A DNA stretch of 54,831 nt, from NCBI GenBank assembly GCA_039714075.1, contig JBDLKA010000011.1:1-54831 (forward strand), written 5' to 3'. This document shows, piece by piece, positions 19,023-29,706 of this stretch. The DNA comes from Candidatus Krumholzibacteriota bacterium (GTDB taxonomy: Bacteria > Krumholzibacteriota > Krumholzibacteriia > LZORAL124-64-63). Under the pieces are notes generated by a model. The model ran no database searches, had not been told where the DNA came from, and saw nothing but the letters and a program-made list of their open reading frames with translations. The translations under genes and the position numbers were made by a program. The stretch's first letter is position 1; the number at the start of each line of letters is the position of its first letter.

Positions 19023-19448
19023 TTGATGATGAAATCTTTCGTTGTTGTGCTATTTCTTTGTGCCATACCGGCTCTTCTCTTCGCGGATTCCCATGTCGAC
19101 TTGATCCACACGGTTCCTATTAACCCGGACCCCATGGTGCCCTTTTTCGTATACCTGGAGGCGTCCTTGCCGGATCAGTGCTGGACGCAGGGACCTGTCG
19201 GAGATTTTGAATTCACTGATTTGGATTCCTTCAGCGGCACCAGTTGTCCCGGCGGTATCTTATACTTTTGGATCGCGTTTGATCACGACGGACTGCCGGA
19301 AGGGCAGCACTCGATCACGGTCACTGAATGGCACGATAGCGTGAGGGACCCGGGTCCCTATGAACATGTTGTCGAGTTCACCGTCGGCACTCCACCGGTT
19401 AGTAATGAAAGTATTTCCTGGAGTTCCGTGAAGGCCCTTTACCGCTAG
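19023..19448 (+). CDS. Small secreted protein with C-terminal SWSSVKALYR tail
   Basis: Signal peptide (…ALLFA), one Cys pair, terminal PVSNESISWSSVKALYR; start may be ATG 19026 or 19029. Confidence 0.8.
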   Translation: MMMKSFVVVLFLCAIPALLFADSHVDLIHTVPINPDPMVPFFVYLEASLPDQCWTQGPVGDFEFTDLDSFSGTSCPGGILYFWIAFDHDGLPEGQHSITVTEWHDSVRDPGPYEHVVEFTVGTPPVSNESISWSSVKALYR

Positions 19449-19522
19449 TATGGATCGGTCGGGCCCCGGCGGTTCCATACTGTCTAGATGTTTGGCGGAA
19501 GCTCAAGGTTGTGGTTTGGAGT

Positions 19523-19554
19523 GGCGATCAGGTTGTTCGGCCTGATCGCCTTTT
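19523..19554 (+). terminator. Rho-independent terminator
   Basis: GGCGATCAGG/CCTGATCGCC 10-bp stem followed by TTTT. Confidence 0.7.
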
Positions 19555-19623
19555 CATTGGAATATGAAAAAACCGCCTCGGCAAATAAGACGTGAACCAC
19601 TCCTCAGATTAAACCTACCCCAA

Positions 19624-19800
19624 TCAATTGGTCTGAAACCTCTGAACCACCGCCGCCTGCATCTCCCGAATCGCCCCGAAAGCGTCCTTCAGATGCCGGT
19701 GCTCCAGCGAGGTCAGCCGGCTCAGACGAATGCTGTTGGTGGGCTCCTCACCCGCTCGAACCTGCGCCAGCTGTTCGCGCAATCTCAGCTGCAGGGATTG
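19624..19800 (-). pseudogene. 5'-truncated remnant of a DUF294 (CBS/nucleotidyltransferase) gene, C-terminal substrate-binding part
   Basis: LQLRLREQL...PTNSIRLSRLTSLEHRHLKDAFGAIREMQAAVVQRF matches the DUF294_C terminal pattern; in-frame stop shortly upstream; next to acs. Confidence 0.65.
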
Positions 19801-19853
19801 ATCACGAGCCAACCGGCGCGGTTGCGATCCGAATCAGGGTAATCGGGCCCTTT

Positions 19854-19919
19854 TGTGTATCTTCACAGTTTGTCTTTATTGAATGTTCCTTGTCTCCGAT
19901 TGCGGAGCTGTGATATAAA
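19854..19919 (+). promoter_or_regulatory. acs promoter with upstream palindrome
   Basis: TGTG-N6-CACA (19854-19867); TTGTCT-N18-TATAAA with extended TG. Confidence 0.4.
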
Positions 19920-19981
19920 GCCATTACACATACCTGTTTGCGGCCTCGCACCTGAAATCCAACCTCCGGAGGCACTTACCC

Positions 19982-21937
<1,956 letters not shown>

Positions 21938-21964
21938 AACCGCACGAACGGACATCAACTATTC

Positions 21965-23143
21965 CTAGAAGATGTACCACCAGGAGGCGGTGAAGCGCTG
22001 GCCGGTGAGATCCCTTTCGTCATCGACGTCCGCGACCGTCGTGGTGAAGTTGATGAACTCGACACCCCAGCCGAACTGCTTGGTGACCTTGTATTTCAAG
22101 TTGGCGAAGATGGTCTGGTTCTTCAGGTAGGGGGCGCCCGAACCGTTCAGGTCCTCGTCCTTGGGGTCGTCCGTTCCGAATCCCCCGTTGAGGCCGACCT
22201 TGTCCGAGGCGGCGAAACTGAGGCTGACGAAACCGCCCTTGCTTTCGATTTCGGTGGCCCCGTCGGGGTGCCACGGGTTGTAGTCGAATCCGTAATGCAC
22301 GAATTCACGGCCGAGACCCTTGCCCGTATAGACCTCACCCTTGACGACGAACTTTTCCCCCACGGGGGCTTTGAACTCCAACGCAACCAGGTGGGAGCTG
22401 TAGTCGGCCGTGGAGACCAGCACGTCGGGGGGAGGTGCTATGTTATCCATGGTGAAGGTCACGTCACTGGCGGACCGCATGCCGCCGCCCAGGGCGACCA
22501 GGCTGCCTTCACCGAGCAGATCGGAAAATGCGACCCGGCCGAGCAGCCAGGGCATCTTCTCCTGCTGCTCCTGAGAGTTCGAAACACGGTGTTTCATGGC
22601 GCTGACCAGGAATTCGATGTTGTCGGGCTTGTAGCGGACGGTCACCTGGGGCACGCGCCACCAGAGGTTACCCGACCAGCTCTGGACACCGAAATCGAGG
22701 GTGGCGGGATTCTGCTGGGCGACCGGAATCCAGTCCTGGCCGCCGCGAATCGAAAGTCCATTGCTTTTTTTGGCTTCGGCGTAACCCAGGCGCATGCGCG
22801 GGATCAGGCTATTGCCGGCATTGGCCCCGTAGAAATCGATTTCGAAGACACCACTGTAGGTCCATTCACCCTGGGCGGAACCGGCCTTGAAGCCGAGGCG
22901 CGTGTCGCGGGGATTGAAACTGAACTGCTCGGTACTGTCATCCTTGAGGTACCCCATGAAGTCCACCGCCTGCCGGCCGGTGTCGTATTGCATGTCGAAC
23001 TTGGCGCGGCCCCAGAATTTAAGGTCCACTCCGCTGGACACCTCACCTTCCGCGGTCGCGGACACGGCCATACTCATCAACGACAGAGTGAACATCAGGC
23101 AGACGAGGGATCGCAATACTGCAGTTCCATTATCATTCCGCAT
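21965..23143 (-). CDS. Outer-membrane porin, DcaP-like
   Basis: Signal peptide; KFWGRAKFD, TRLGFK, EIDFYG, PRMRLGY, RVPQVT strands; terminal WWYIF; GGAGG RBS before ATG 23143. Confidence 0.75.
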   Translation of the reverse strand: MRNDNGTAVLRSLVCLMFTLSLMSMAVSATAEGEVSSGVDLKFWGRAKFDMQYDTGRQAVDFMGYLKDDSTEQFSFNPRDTRLGFKAGSAQGEWTYSGVFEIDFYGANAGNSLIPRMRLGYAEAKKSNGLSIRGGQDWIPVAQQNPATLDFGVQSWSGNLWWRVPQVTVRYKPDNIEFLVSAMKHRVSNSQEQQEKMPWLLGRVAFSDLLGEGSLVALGGGMRSASDVTFTMDNIAPPPDVLVSTADYSSHLVALEFKAPVGEKFVVKGEVYTGKGLGREFVHYGFDYNPWHPDGATEIESKGGFVSLSFAASDKVGLNGGFGTDDPKDEDLNGSGAPYLKNQTIFANLKYKVTKQFGWGVEFINFTTTVADVDDERDLTGQRFTASWWYIF

Positions 23144-23538
23144 TTTCGACCTCCATTTGTCTATCAGGGGAGAGTGTCCGACCCGGTTCCGCAAAAAAGA
23201 GACTCCTTAATTCTCGGAATTGCCGCACCTGCGGGATACAGGAAGAAGGAGAGGGCAGGGCGGAATGAAGGGGAGTTGCGAAACCATTTGAATATTCTGC
23301 CCGAACACCGAGAAAAATACAAACCTTTATCGAAATTACCTAAATAGTAATCAATAAATAAGTTGCAGCGTAAACTGTCCCGCGGCAAGGGGTTCCAGTA
23401 GGGGCCCAATTCCGGGAGCCTGCTTGTACCCATGGCGAATGGGATGTGCGACTGGAATGATTGTCTGTGGCTATCTGATTTTGTATAATAATTTGGTATT
23501 TTCGCCCAAATTCTATTTTTTCGCACGAGGGGGTTATC

Positions 23539-25257
23539 ATGCGAAAGTATTCATTTTTCCTCGCTCTGGTTATCGCCGTCATCGCCGGGTTTTCAACAGA
23601 CCACTTCCGCATCGCTCAGGCCGGAGACCAAATTCCAGCCACCACATTCTCGACCATCGTCGATACCCTGGACCTTTACGGTGGGCCGGGCACCCTGGAG
23701 GGAACATTCCAGACCGCCGGCGGCCTGCCGGACAAGCAGGGCTGGACCACGTCCGACGGGACATCGTCGATTCATGATACCTGGAACATCTCGCCCTACA
23801 ATGCCGCCAACCTCGACCCGGGTGTGACGGACAACAACGCCTGGTGGTGCGGCCAGGAATTCCCGGCCTGCCACAACGACACGATCGGGGGTTACGGTAA
23901 CAACTGGAATACTTCGTTGGCCTGGGAGGGAATCGTGACCGACCCTTCCCTGCCCGCGACCGTCACCGTGACCGGAATCCTCAACAACGACACCGAACCG
24001 GGATATGACAAAACCAGTTTGAATTTCGGGACCGCGTATGGCCAGTATTATCAAACCATGGTTTTGGACGGAAAGGTGGTCGGGTTCGCTTTATTCGAAA
24101 GCTTCACCTACAACCCCGGGGAATACTTCGGGGATCTGGGGGAAGTCATGGTGCGTCTCACCTTCCAGTCCGATGGCGGTTGGTCCGACGAGGATTGCTA
24201 CCATCCCACCACAGGAGCGGTGCAGGTCGACAACCTGCAGGTGACCATCAGCCAAACCGGCTATCCCGATCTCGTCAGCCCTGTGGAAACCTGTGAACCC
24301 GGTGATCCGGTGCAGTGGGAAATCATTCCGAACCAGGGATATGGAAATTTCGCCCAGTTGTGGACCGGCCTCCAGGATGCCGATCCGTTGGTGGACAATT
24401 TTTCACCCCAGTGGGCCTTCATCGATGACGGCATCATCGAACCCGGCACCGGTGGCACCCAATGCCGATTGGGCATCGGATGCTACGGACCCGACAGCCT
24501 GGTTGTGGACATCTGGAGTGGACTGCAGAACAATATCAATATCGGACTGAAGAACCATGTTACTTCCCCGCCCATCGAACTTCCCGTTCCTACGGGACTT
24601 CCCGGCCCCCCTGGTCTGGTGGTCGAGGAACTGATCCTGTCAACCGACGCATATTTCCACTGCGACCCGGCGTGCGGTGCCTTCATGGCCCTGGGTTTCG
24701 ATATCCTGTCCACCGCCGATCCCGCCGGGCAGGAAGACTATATCGTGGCTCCACAAATGTTTTTTGTCTACGATGGTCCGGAATACAAACGCGTCACCAG
24801 AGTATTCCCCCTGGACTCCCTGGTTCCCGGCGCACGGTTCGTAAAAATTCGGATCTCCGCCGATGATGTCAGGACATCGTGGTGCTGGACGGCCCTCTTT
24901 TCGACCCCCGCACCCTACTTCGACAACGTGCGGCTGCAGGTCGGTCTCACGAACCCGGCCTCACCCGTGCCCGAAATACAGGATGGATTTCACCTCAGCC
25001 TGCATCCGAACCCCTTCAATCCGGCGGTGGAGATCAGCTGGTTCCTGCCCCGCGACGGGGAACTGGAGATCCTGGTCTACGATGTTTCCGGACGGCTGGT
25101 GCGTTCGCTGGTCGGGGAAACCGCGATTGCCGGACCGGGCTCCATCATGTGGCGAGGCGATGACGAGCAGGGCCGGTCGGTGCCTGCGGGAGTATATTTT
25201 TGCAAGGTGAAGAGCGCCGGCGAGATATTGGTGCAGAAGATGACTCTATTGAAATAG
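23539..25257 (+). CDS. Secreted acidic, Cys/Trp-rich protein with C-terminal FlgD-Ig/T9SS-like sorting domain
   Basis: Signal peptide; C-terminal HPNPFNP...YDVSGRLVR...WRGDD...GVYF...KMTLLK. Confidence 0.85.
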   Translation: MRKYSFFLALVIAVIAGFSTDHFRIAQAGDQIPATTFSTIVDTLDLYGGPGTLEGTFQTAGGLPDKQGWTTSDGTSSIHDTWNISPYNAANLDPGVTDNNAWWCGQEFPACHNDTIGGYGNNWNTSLAWEGIVTDPSLPATVTVTGILNNDTEPGYDKTSLNFGTAYGQYYQTMVLDGKVVGFALFESFTYNPGEYFGDLGEVMVRLTFQSDGGWSDEDCYHPTTGAVQVDNLQVTISQTGYPDLVSPVETCEPGDPVQWEIIPNQGYGNFAQLWTGLQDADPLVDNFSPQWAFIDDGIIEPGTGGTQCRLGIGCYGPDSLVVDIWSGLQNNINIGLKNHVTSPPIELPVPTGLPGPPGLVVEELILSTDAYFHCDPACGAFMALGFDILSTADPAGQEDYIVAPQMFFVYDGPEYKRVTRVFPLDSLVPGARFVKIRISADDVRTSWCWTALFSTPAPYFDNVRLQVGLTNPASPVPEIQDGFHLSLHPNPFNPAVEISWFLPRDGELEILVYDVSGRLVRSLVGETAIAGPGSIMWRGDDEQGRSVPAGVYFCKVKSAGEILVQKMTLLK

Positions 25258-25282
25258 TGGGCGGGGACCAGCATTGTCGAGC

Positions 25283-25939
25283 ATGAGAATCATCGTCGTG
25301 GCGGCACTCCTGCTGGGCAGTTCAGCGGCCCTCGCCGAGGACTTCGACCACGAACCCGCCCTGTACTGGTGGCGGGGCGGTTTCAGCCCGGACTTCCAGA
25401 CCAACGACGTGATCGAATGGGTCGTGGCAAGCCGGGTCGGCCACAGCGCCTTCGTCTACGAGTACCCGATGTTCGTGGTGTACTCCGAGATCGGGCGCCG
25501 GTACCCGGGTGGGGAGCAAACGGATTCCACCTACAATTTCCGCGCCGTCGCCTGTTTTATCTCCACACTCGCCGATCGCTCGCTCGACGGTCGCCCCTTT
25601 CTTTCCGGAAAGGCCGAACCCAGGTGGTGGACGTACCTCCTTTACGCCCACAACAACAGCTACAAGCTGCGCCTGTCCCGCGGCCTGCGGCTCACCCTGA
25701 CAACGCGAACGGATATCGCGGCCACCGATTTCGAACGCGAGAAGGGGGGTGTCCTTTTCACACCCCGCCTGGGCTTCGAATGGGTCGGGCTGAGCACGGG
25801 TTTCCAGAGCGAGAATCCTCCGACGACCAACCGCCTGCACCTGGGTGTGGGACACGGTTACTGGTGGGGGTTCGACGGGCAGAACCGTTCAGCGGGCTGG
25901 ACCCTCGTGGTCGGGTTTGCGTTCCTGGCTGCCATTTGA
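25283..25939 (+). CDS. Hypothetical exported, beta-strand-rich protein
   Basis: Signal peptide (…SAALA), aromatic amphipathic strands. Confidence 0.6.
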   Translation: MRIIVVAALLLGSSAALAEDFDHEPALYWWRGGFSPDFQTNDVIEWVVASRVGHSAFVYEYPMFVVYSEIGRRYPGGEQTDSTYNFRAVACFISTLADRSLDGRPFLSGKAEPRWWTYLLYAHNNSYKLRLSRGLRLTLTTRTDIAATDFEREKGGVLFTPRLGFEWVGLSTGFQSENPPTTNRLHLGVGHGYWWGFDGQNRSAGWTLVVGFAFLAAI

Positions 25940-26018
25940 AGGGGTTTGGGGCTGTCACCCAGCGCCCGATGTGTTAAACCATGGGGGACCCGAAACCCGA
26001 TTTTTACGGAGTGATGAC

Positions 26019-28004
26019 GTGAACCGATTTTTCCCGGCCGTCGGCGCCGGTCTTCTATTGCTGTGCGGGATTCTGCTGGCCTGGCCCATCGTGACCGGGG
26101 GTTGGATGACCTATCTGGACAACCCGGCCCACGTGGCGGAAATCCACAGCCTGGCCTTCGACGACGGCGGTGGCTGGTCGGACATCGCCTGGTGCGGTTA
26201 TCCCCTGGGACGTCTGCATTCGCCGGTGTGGTTCGGCTGGTTCGCCCATCTGGTGCGCGCGGGCCTGCCCCTGGGTCCGGTCTACGCCTTCCTGGTGGTG
26301 ATGGGCTTCGTGACGCCCCCGCTGGTCCTGTTCGGGCTGGTCCGGCGCCGCGCCGGAACCGTGGCCGCGGTCCTGCTGGCCTGGCTGGTCCTGGTGCAGA
26401 AGACCAGTCTGGTGGGTTTCGGCTCCCCCCTGGGCGGGATGTGGAGCTTCTATCTTTCGTGCGGGCTCTTTTTGGTCCTGGTGGGGCGTCTGTCCTCGCG
26501 CGAGGACCGGACGGCGGATCTGTTCTGGATCGCGGGGCTTTACGGTTCGCTGGGGCTGACCCATCTGTTCACCATCGTGCCGGGTGTCCTGGTTTTCATC
26601 ATCCACGCGGTCGGCCGCCTGGTCCGCGGGGAAGACCGGCGCTTCCTGGTGGCCCAGGGTCTGGCCGCCGGGTTGGGGGCGGTCGCCGCGGCCGCCTACT
26701 GGGCTCCCCTGTTGCTGGGTGGGGACGGAGTGGCGGTCATCTCCTACAACCTGCCGCCGGTGAAGTTGCTGGCCCGGCTTTTCCTGGGCGCGCCCGTGTC
26801 CGAACTGGTGAAACCGGACGCGAATCTGCTGGCCGGTTTTTCCGTGGCGACGTCGCTGCCCATGATCCTGCTGGTCGGTTCGGGATTGGCGGGATTTTTC
26901 CTCAACGGCAGGAAACCCGGCGGCAACCGCAGTCGCCTGGGGGACTACGGGTTCATCTTGTCCGTGGTGCTGTTCGCCGTGCTGCTGGTGTTGGGACTGT
27001 TTCAGGCGGCCGGGCGGGACATCACCTGGCTGGGTCACGTGAGCTGGCGCCTGCTGTATTTCGTGAGGCTGGGTCTGGCCCTGTCGACGCTTCCCCTGTT
27101 GGCCCTCCTGGGTGAAAAGTTTTGGGGATGGAATAGCGCGACTGCCAGGCGCGGAGTGCTTCTTGTCGGCGCGGCCCTCCTGGTCCTGTTCTCCGTGGGT
27201 CTGGGTGCGCCCCTGAGGTCGGTGGTCCTGGACCGGGACGGCGGCGAGATGCAGGAGATCCGCCGGTTGTGGGCCTGGTTGGAGGACAATCACACTGCTG
27301 ACTGGGGCCGGGTCTATCTGCAGGACCCCTTCGGCAGCGAAACCCCCCTGGGCAACAGCCACGTTTTGTCCCTGACCCGGCGGGAGACGGGTATCGACCA
27401 GGTGGGGCCCTTGTACGCGGGCTCACCTTTCCATACCGTTCCCTGGCTGGTGGGTGAATCGCGCAAGCTCTTCGGCAGCCCCATGCGCAAGGCCGAAGAT
27501 TTTACGCGCATGCTGCGGTTGATCCCGGCGGCCAACACGACCCGTCTGGTCCTGCACTGGCCCGACCTGGCCGCCGAGATGGTAAATAAGGGTTACGCCC
27601 GCTACGAATACCGCAGCGACAGCTACGACGTGCTGGCCATGGTGGATTATCCCCGGAGCAGCTGGGCCGAGCCGTTGGGCAAGGGTGTTACGGTGTCGGC
27701 CGCCCAGGTGAGGGCCGGTCGCTGGCGGGTGACGACGGACGCGGACCGATCCGGCGGCGCGGCCCTGGTCAAGGTCTCCTGGTCGCCTCTCTGGAAAACG
27801 ACCCGCGGCGACGACCCGGTGGTCGAGATGCACGACAGCGGTCTGATCCGGCTGTCCGGGCTGCCGGCCGGCCGGCACATCACCATGCTTGAATTCCGCC
27901 AACCCCGCTGGCCGGATCTGGTATCTGCGGTCGGTTGGGGACTGTGGCTGATCCTGCTGGCGGCGTGGCGCCTGGTGCCGGCCACCAGGAAGGGAAAACA
28001 TTGA
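26019..28004 (+). CDS. GT-C-fold polytopic membrane protein (YfhO/6-PTPS-related-like glycosyltransferase)
   Basis: DNPAH after TM1, WSDIAWCGYP, many TMs, periplasmic domain with WSPLW, terminal TM; GTG start after GGAG. Confidence 0.65.
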   Translation: MNRFFPAVGAGLLLLCGILLAWPIVTGGWMTYLDNPAHVAEIHSLAFDDGGGWSDIAWCGYPLGRLHSPVWFGWFAHLVRAGLPLGPVYAFLVVMGFVTPPLVLFGLVRRRAGTVAAVLLAWLVLVQKTSLVGFGSPLGGMWSFYLSCGLFLVLVGRLSSREDRTADLFWIAGLYGSLGLTHLFTIVPGVLVFIIHAVGRLVRGEDRRFLVAQGLAAGLGAVAAAAYWAPLLLGGDGVAVISYNLPPVKLLARLFLGAPVSELVKPDANLLAGFSVATSLPMILLVGSGLAGFFLNGRKPGGNRSRLGDYGFILSVVLFAVLLVLGLFQAAGRDITWLGHVSWRLLYFVRLGLALSTLPLLALLGEKFWGWNSATARRGVLLVGAALLVLFSVGLGAPLRSVVLDRDGGEMQEIRRLWAWLEDNHTADWGRVYLQDPFGSETPLGNSHVLSLTRRETGIDQVGPLYAGSPFHTVPWLVGESRKLFGSPMRKAEDFTRMLRLIPAANTTRLVLHWPDLAAEMVNKGYARYEYRSDSYDVLAMVDYPRSSWAEPLGKGVTVSAAQVRAGRWRVTTDADRSGGAALVKVSWSPLWKTTRGDDPVVEMHDSGLIRLSGLPAGRHITMLEFRQPRWPDLVSAVGWGLWLILLAAWRLVPATRKGKH

Positions 28005-29521
28005 AAATCCGCGGCCTGATCAACTTCCCCTGGTACCCCCTGCTGATCGCGGTCCTGCCGCTGGTCCACTTCTACGAGGCGAACTTCCGCGCGTTCTTTC
28101 CGGCGGATTTTCTGCGCGTTGCGGTGCTTTTCCTGGCCTTGTCCGGACTCCTGCTTCTGGCCGCCGGGCTGGTGTGGAAAAACCGCCACCGCGCCGCGCC
28201 GGTGACGGCCCTTCTGACGGCGGTCCTGGTGGCCGGGAACGAATTGGGTGGATGGCTGAGCGCCGCCCTGGTGATCACCGCGGTGGTGTCGGGGATTTTT
28301 CTGACCCTGCGCAAGCCGGACCTGACGCGCGTGACGCCGCCCCTGAATGCCGCCTTTCTGGTCCTGGCCCTGCTGCCGGTGTTGACCGCCTGGTGGACCG
28401 ACCGCGGGGAAACACCGCCTTCACCCACGGCGCAGTTCGCGCAGCCCCTGCCGGTGTCCGCCGCCGGCGCGGTCAAACCCGACATCTGGTTCCTGCTGAT
28501 GGACGGCCTGGGCAGCCCCGCCTTTATCGAGCGGGAGTTCGAACTGGATGCAAATCTCTACTCGGGGCAATTGCGGCGGCGGGGCTTCCGGGTGCCGGAC
28601 GTCAGCCGGGCCAACTACCAGCAGACGGGCCTTTCGGTGTCGGCGACCTGGAACGTGGCCCACATCCCCGCCCTGCTGGACGTTCCCGATACCTCCAGCC
28701 GTGATCGCCGCGTCCTGTACGATATGATCGCCGACAGCCGGGTCCTGCGCGCCCTGACCGACCTGGGTTACCGCACCGTGAACGTGCCTTCGAGCTATCC
28801 CATGACCCGCCTGCGCCATGCCGAGGCCCACCGGGAACCCTTTTTCGCTCCCAACATGATCGAGTTCGCCATCCTGGAGAAGGGTGTTCTGCCCCTGGTG
28901 CAGCCGCTGCTGGGCGCCGGGCCGGCCGATCTGGCCTTCGCGTTGCGGCGCCGCAACCTGGAGTACGTCTTCGACAATCTGCCCGCTGCACGGGAGGCCG
29001 TTCCCGACGACGAGCCGGCCCTGGTGTTCGCCCACGTCATGGCGCCCCACCCACCCTTCGTGTTCGATGCCGCCGGCGGGGCCCGGCGCTCGGAGAAGCG
29101 GTTCGAATTTTTCGACGGCAGCCACTGGCTGGATCTTCACGGCTGGGCGGCCGGGCACTACCCGGAGAAGTATCACGCCCAGGCCATTTATGTCATGAGA
29201 CGGTTGGGTGAGGCGGTGGACCAAATCCTGGCGCAGGCGACGCGGCCGACGGTCATCATCGTGCAGGGGGATCACGGGCCGGGGTCGCGTCTGGACTGGG
29301 AAAAGCCCGAAAAGTCGGATCACCGGGAGCGCTTCGAAATCTTCAACGGTTGGTATCTGCCGCCGGGAATGGAGGCCGAACTGCCGGAGGGCGTGACGGC
29401 CCTGGCCACGTTTCCGATCCTGTTCAAGGCGTTGTTCGGCACCGAAATGGCCGTCCCCGCGGACAGATTCCTGATCGCCAGGTGGAGCCGGCCGTACGTT
29501 TTCTTCGAAGTCCGGCAATAG
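28001..29521 (+). CDS. Membrane-anchored sulfatase/alkaline-phosphatase-superfamily hydrolase or transferase
   Basis: N-terminal TMs; PDIWFLLMDG, NYQQTGLS (Thr nucleophile position), PHPPF, IIVQGDHG; TTG start overlaps the upstream stop. Confidence 0.75.
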   Translation: MKIRGLINFPWYPLLIAVLPLVHFYEANFRAFFPADFLRVAVLFLALSGLLLLAAGLVWKNRHRAAPVTALLTAVLVAGNELGGWLSAALVITAVVSGIFLTLRKPDLTRVTPPLNAAFLVLALLPVLTAWWTDRGETPPSPTAQFAQPLPVSAAGAVKPDIWFLLMDGLGSPAFIEREFELDANLYSGQLRRRGFRVPDVSRANYQQTGLSVSATWNVAHIPALLDVPDTSSRDRRVLYDMIADSRVLRALTDLGYRTVNVPSSYPMTRLRHAEAHREPFFAPNMIEFAILEKGVLPLVQPLLGAGPADLAFALRRRNLEYVFDNLPAAREAVPDDEPALVFAHVMAPHPPFVFDAAGGARRSEKRFEFFDGSHWLDLHGWAAGHYPEKYHAQAIYVMRRLGEAVDQILAQATRPTVIIVQGDHGPGSRLDWEKPEKSDHRERFEIFNGWYLPPGMEAELPEGVTALATFPILFKALFGTEMAVPADRFLIARWSRPYVFFEVRQ

Positions 29522-29542
29522 GTCCGGCAATAGGAAGCGGGG

Positions 29543-29671
29543 TCAGTCGACCTTCACGATCTCCGGCCGGTTCAATTCCGCGATGACCACCGTGGCGAGA
29601 CTGCCGGCCACCAGGCAGGACAAAAAAACCACGATCCATATCCACGGGTTGTCGTGCAACCATTTCCGCAT
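29543..29671 (-). CDS. 42-aa single-TM protein, FixH/CcoH N-terminus-like (not in ORF track)
   Basis: Hand translation MRKWLHDNPWIWIVVFLSCLVAGSLATVVIAELNRPEIVKVD*; GAGGA RBS; directly after ccoG. Confidence 0.6.
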   Translation of the reverse strand: MRKWLHDNPWIWIVVFLSCLVAGSLATVVIAELNRPEIVKVD

Positions 29672-29706
29672 GAATGATCCTCTATCGCTTATCGCGCGGG
29701 GGCCGG

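Noticed and set aside
19492..19503. TGGCGGAAGC, like the reverse complement of a tRNA-Sec 3' end (possible att site)
   Set aside because: Only about 10 bp, with no integrase and no second copy noticed
19854..19867. CRP or Rex site upstream of acs
   Set aside because: Spacing TGTG-N6-CACA is 2 bp shorter than CRP/Rex; kept only as an unassigned palindrome
23144..23538. Riboswitch in the long porin leader
   Set aside because: No recognisable cobalamin, TPP, SAM or c-di-GMP consensus by eye; an Rfam/Infernal scan would be decisive
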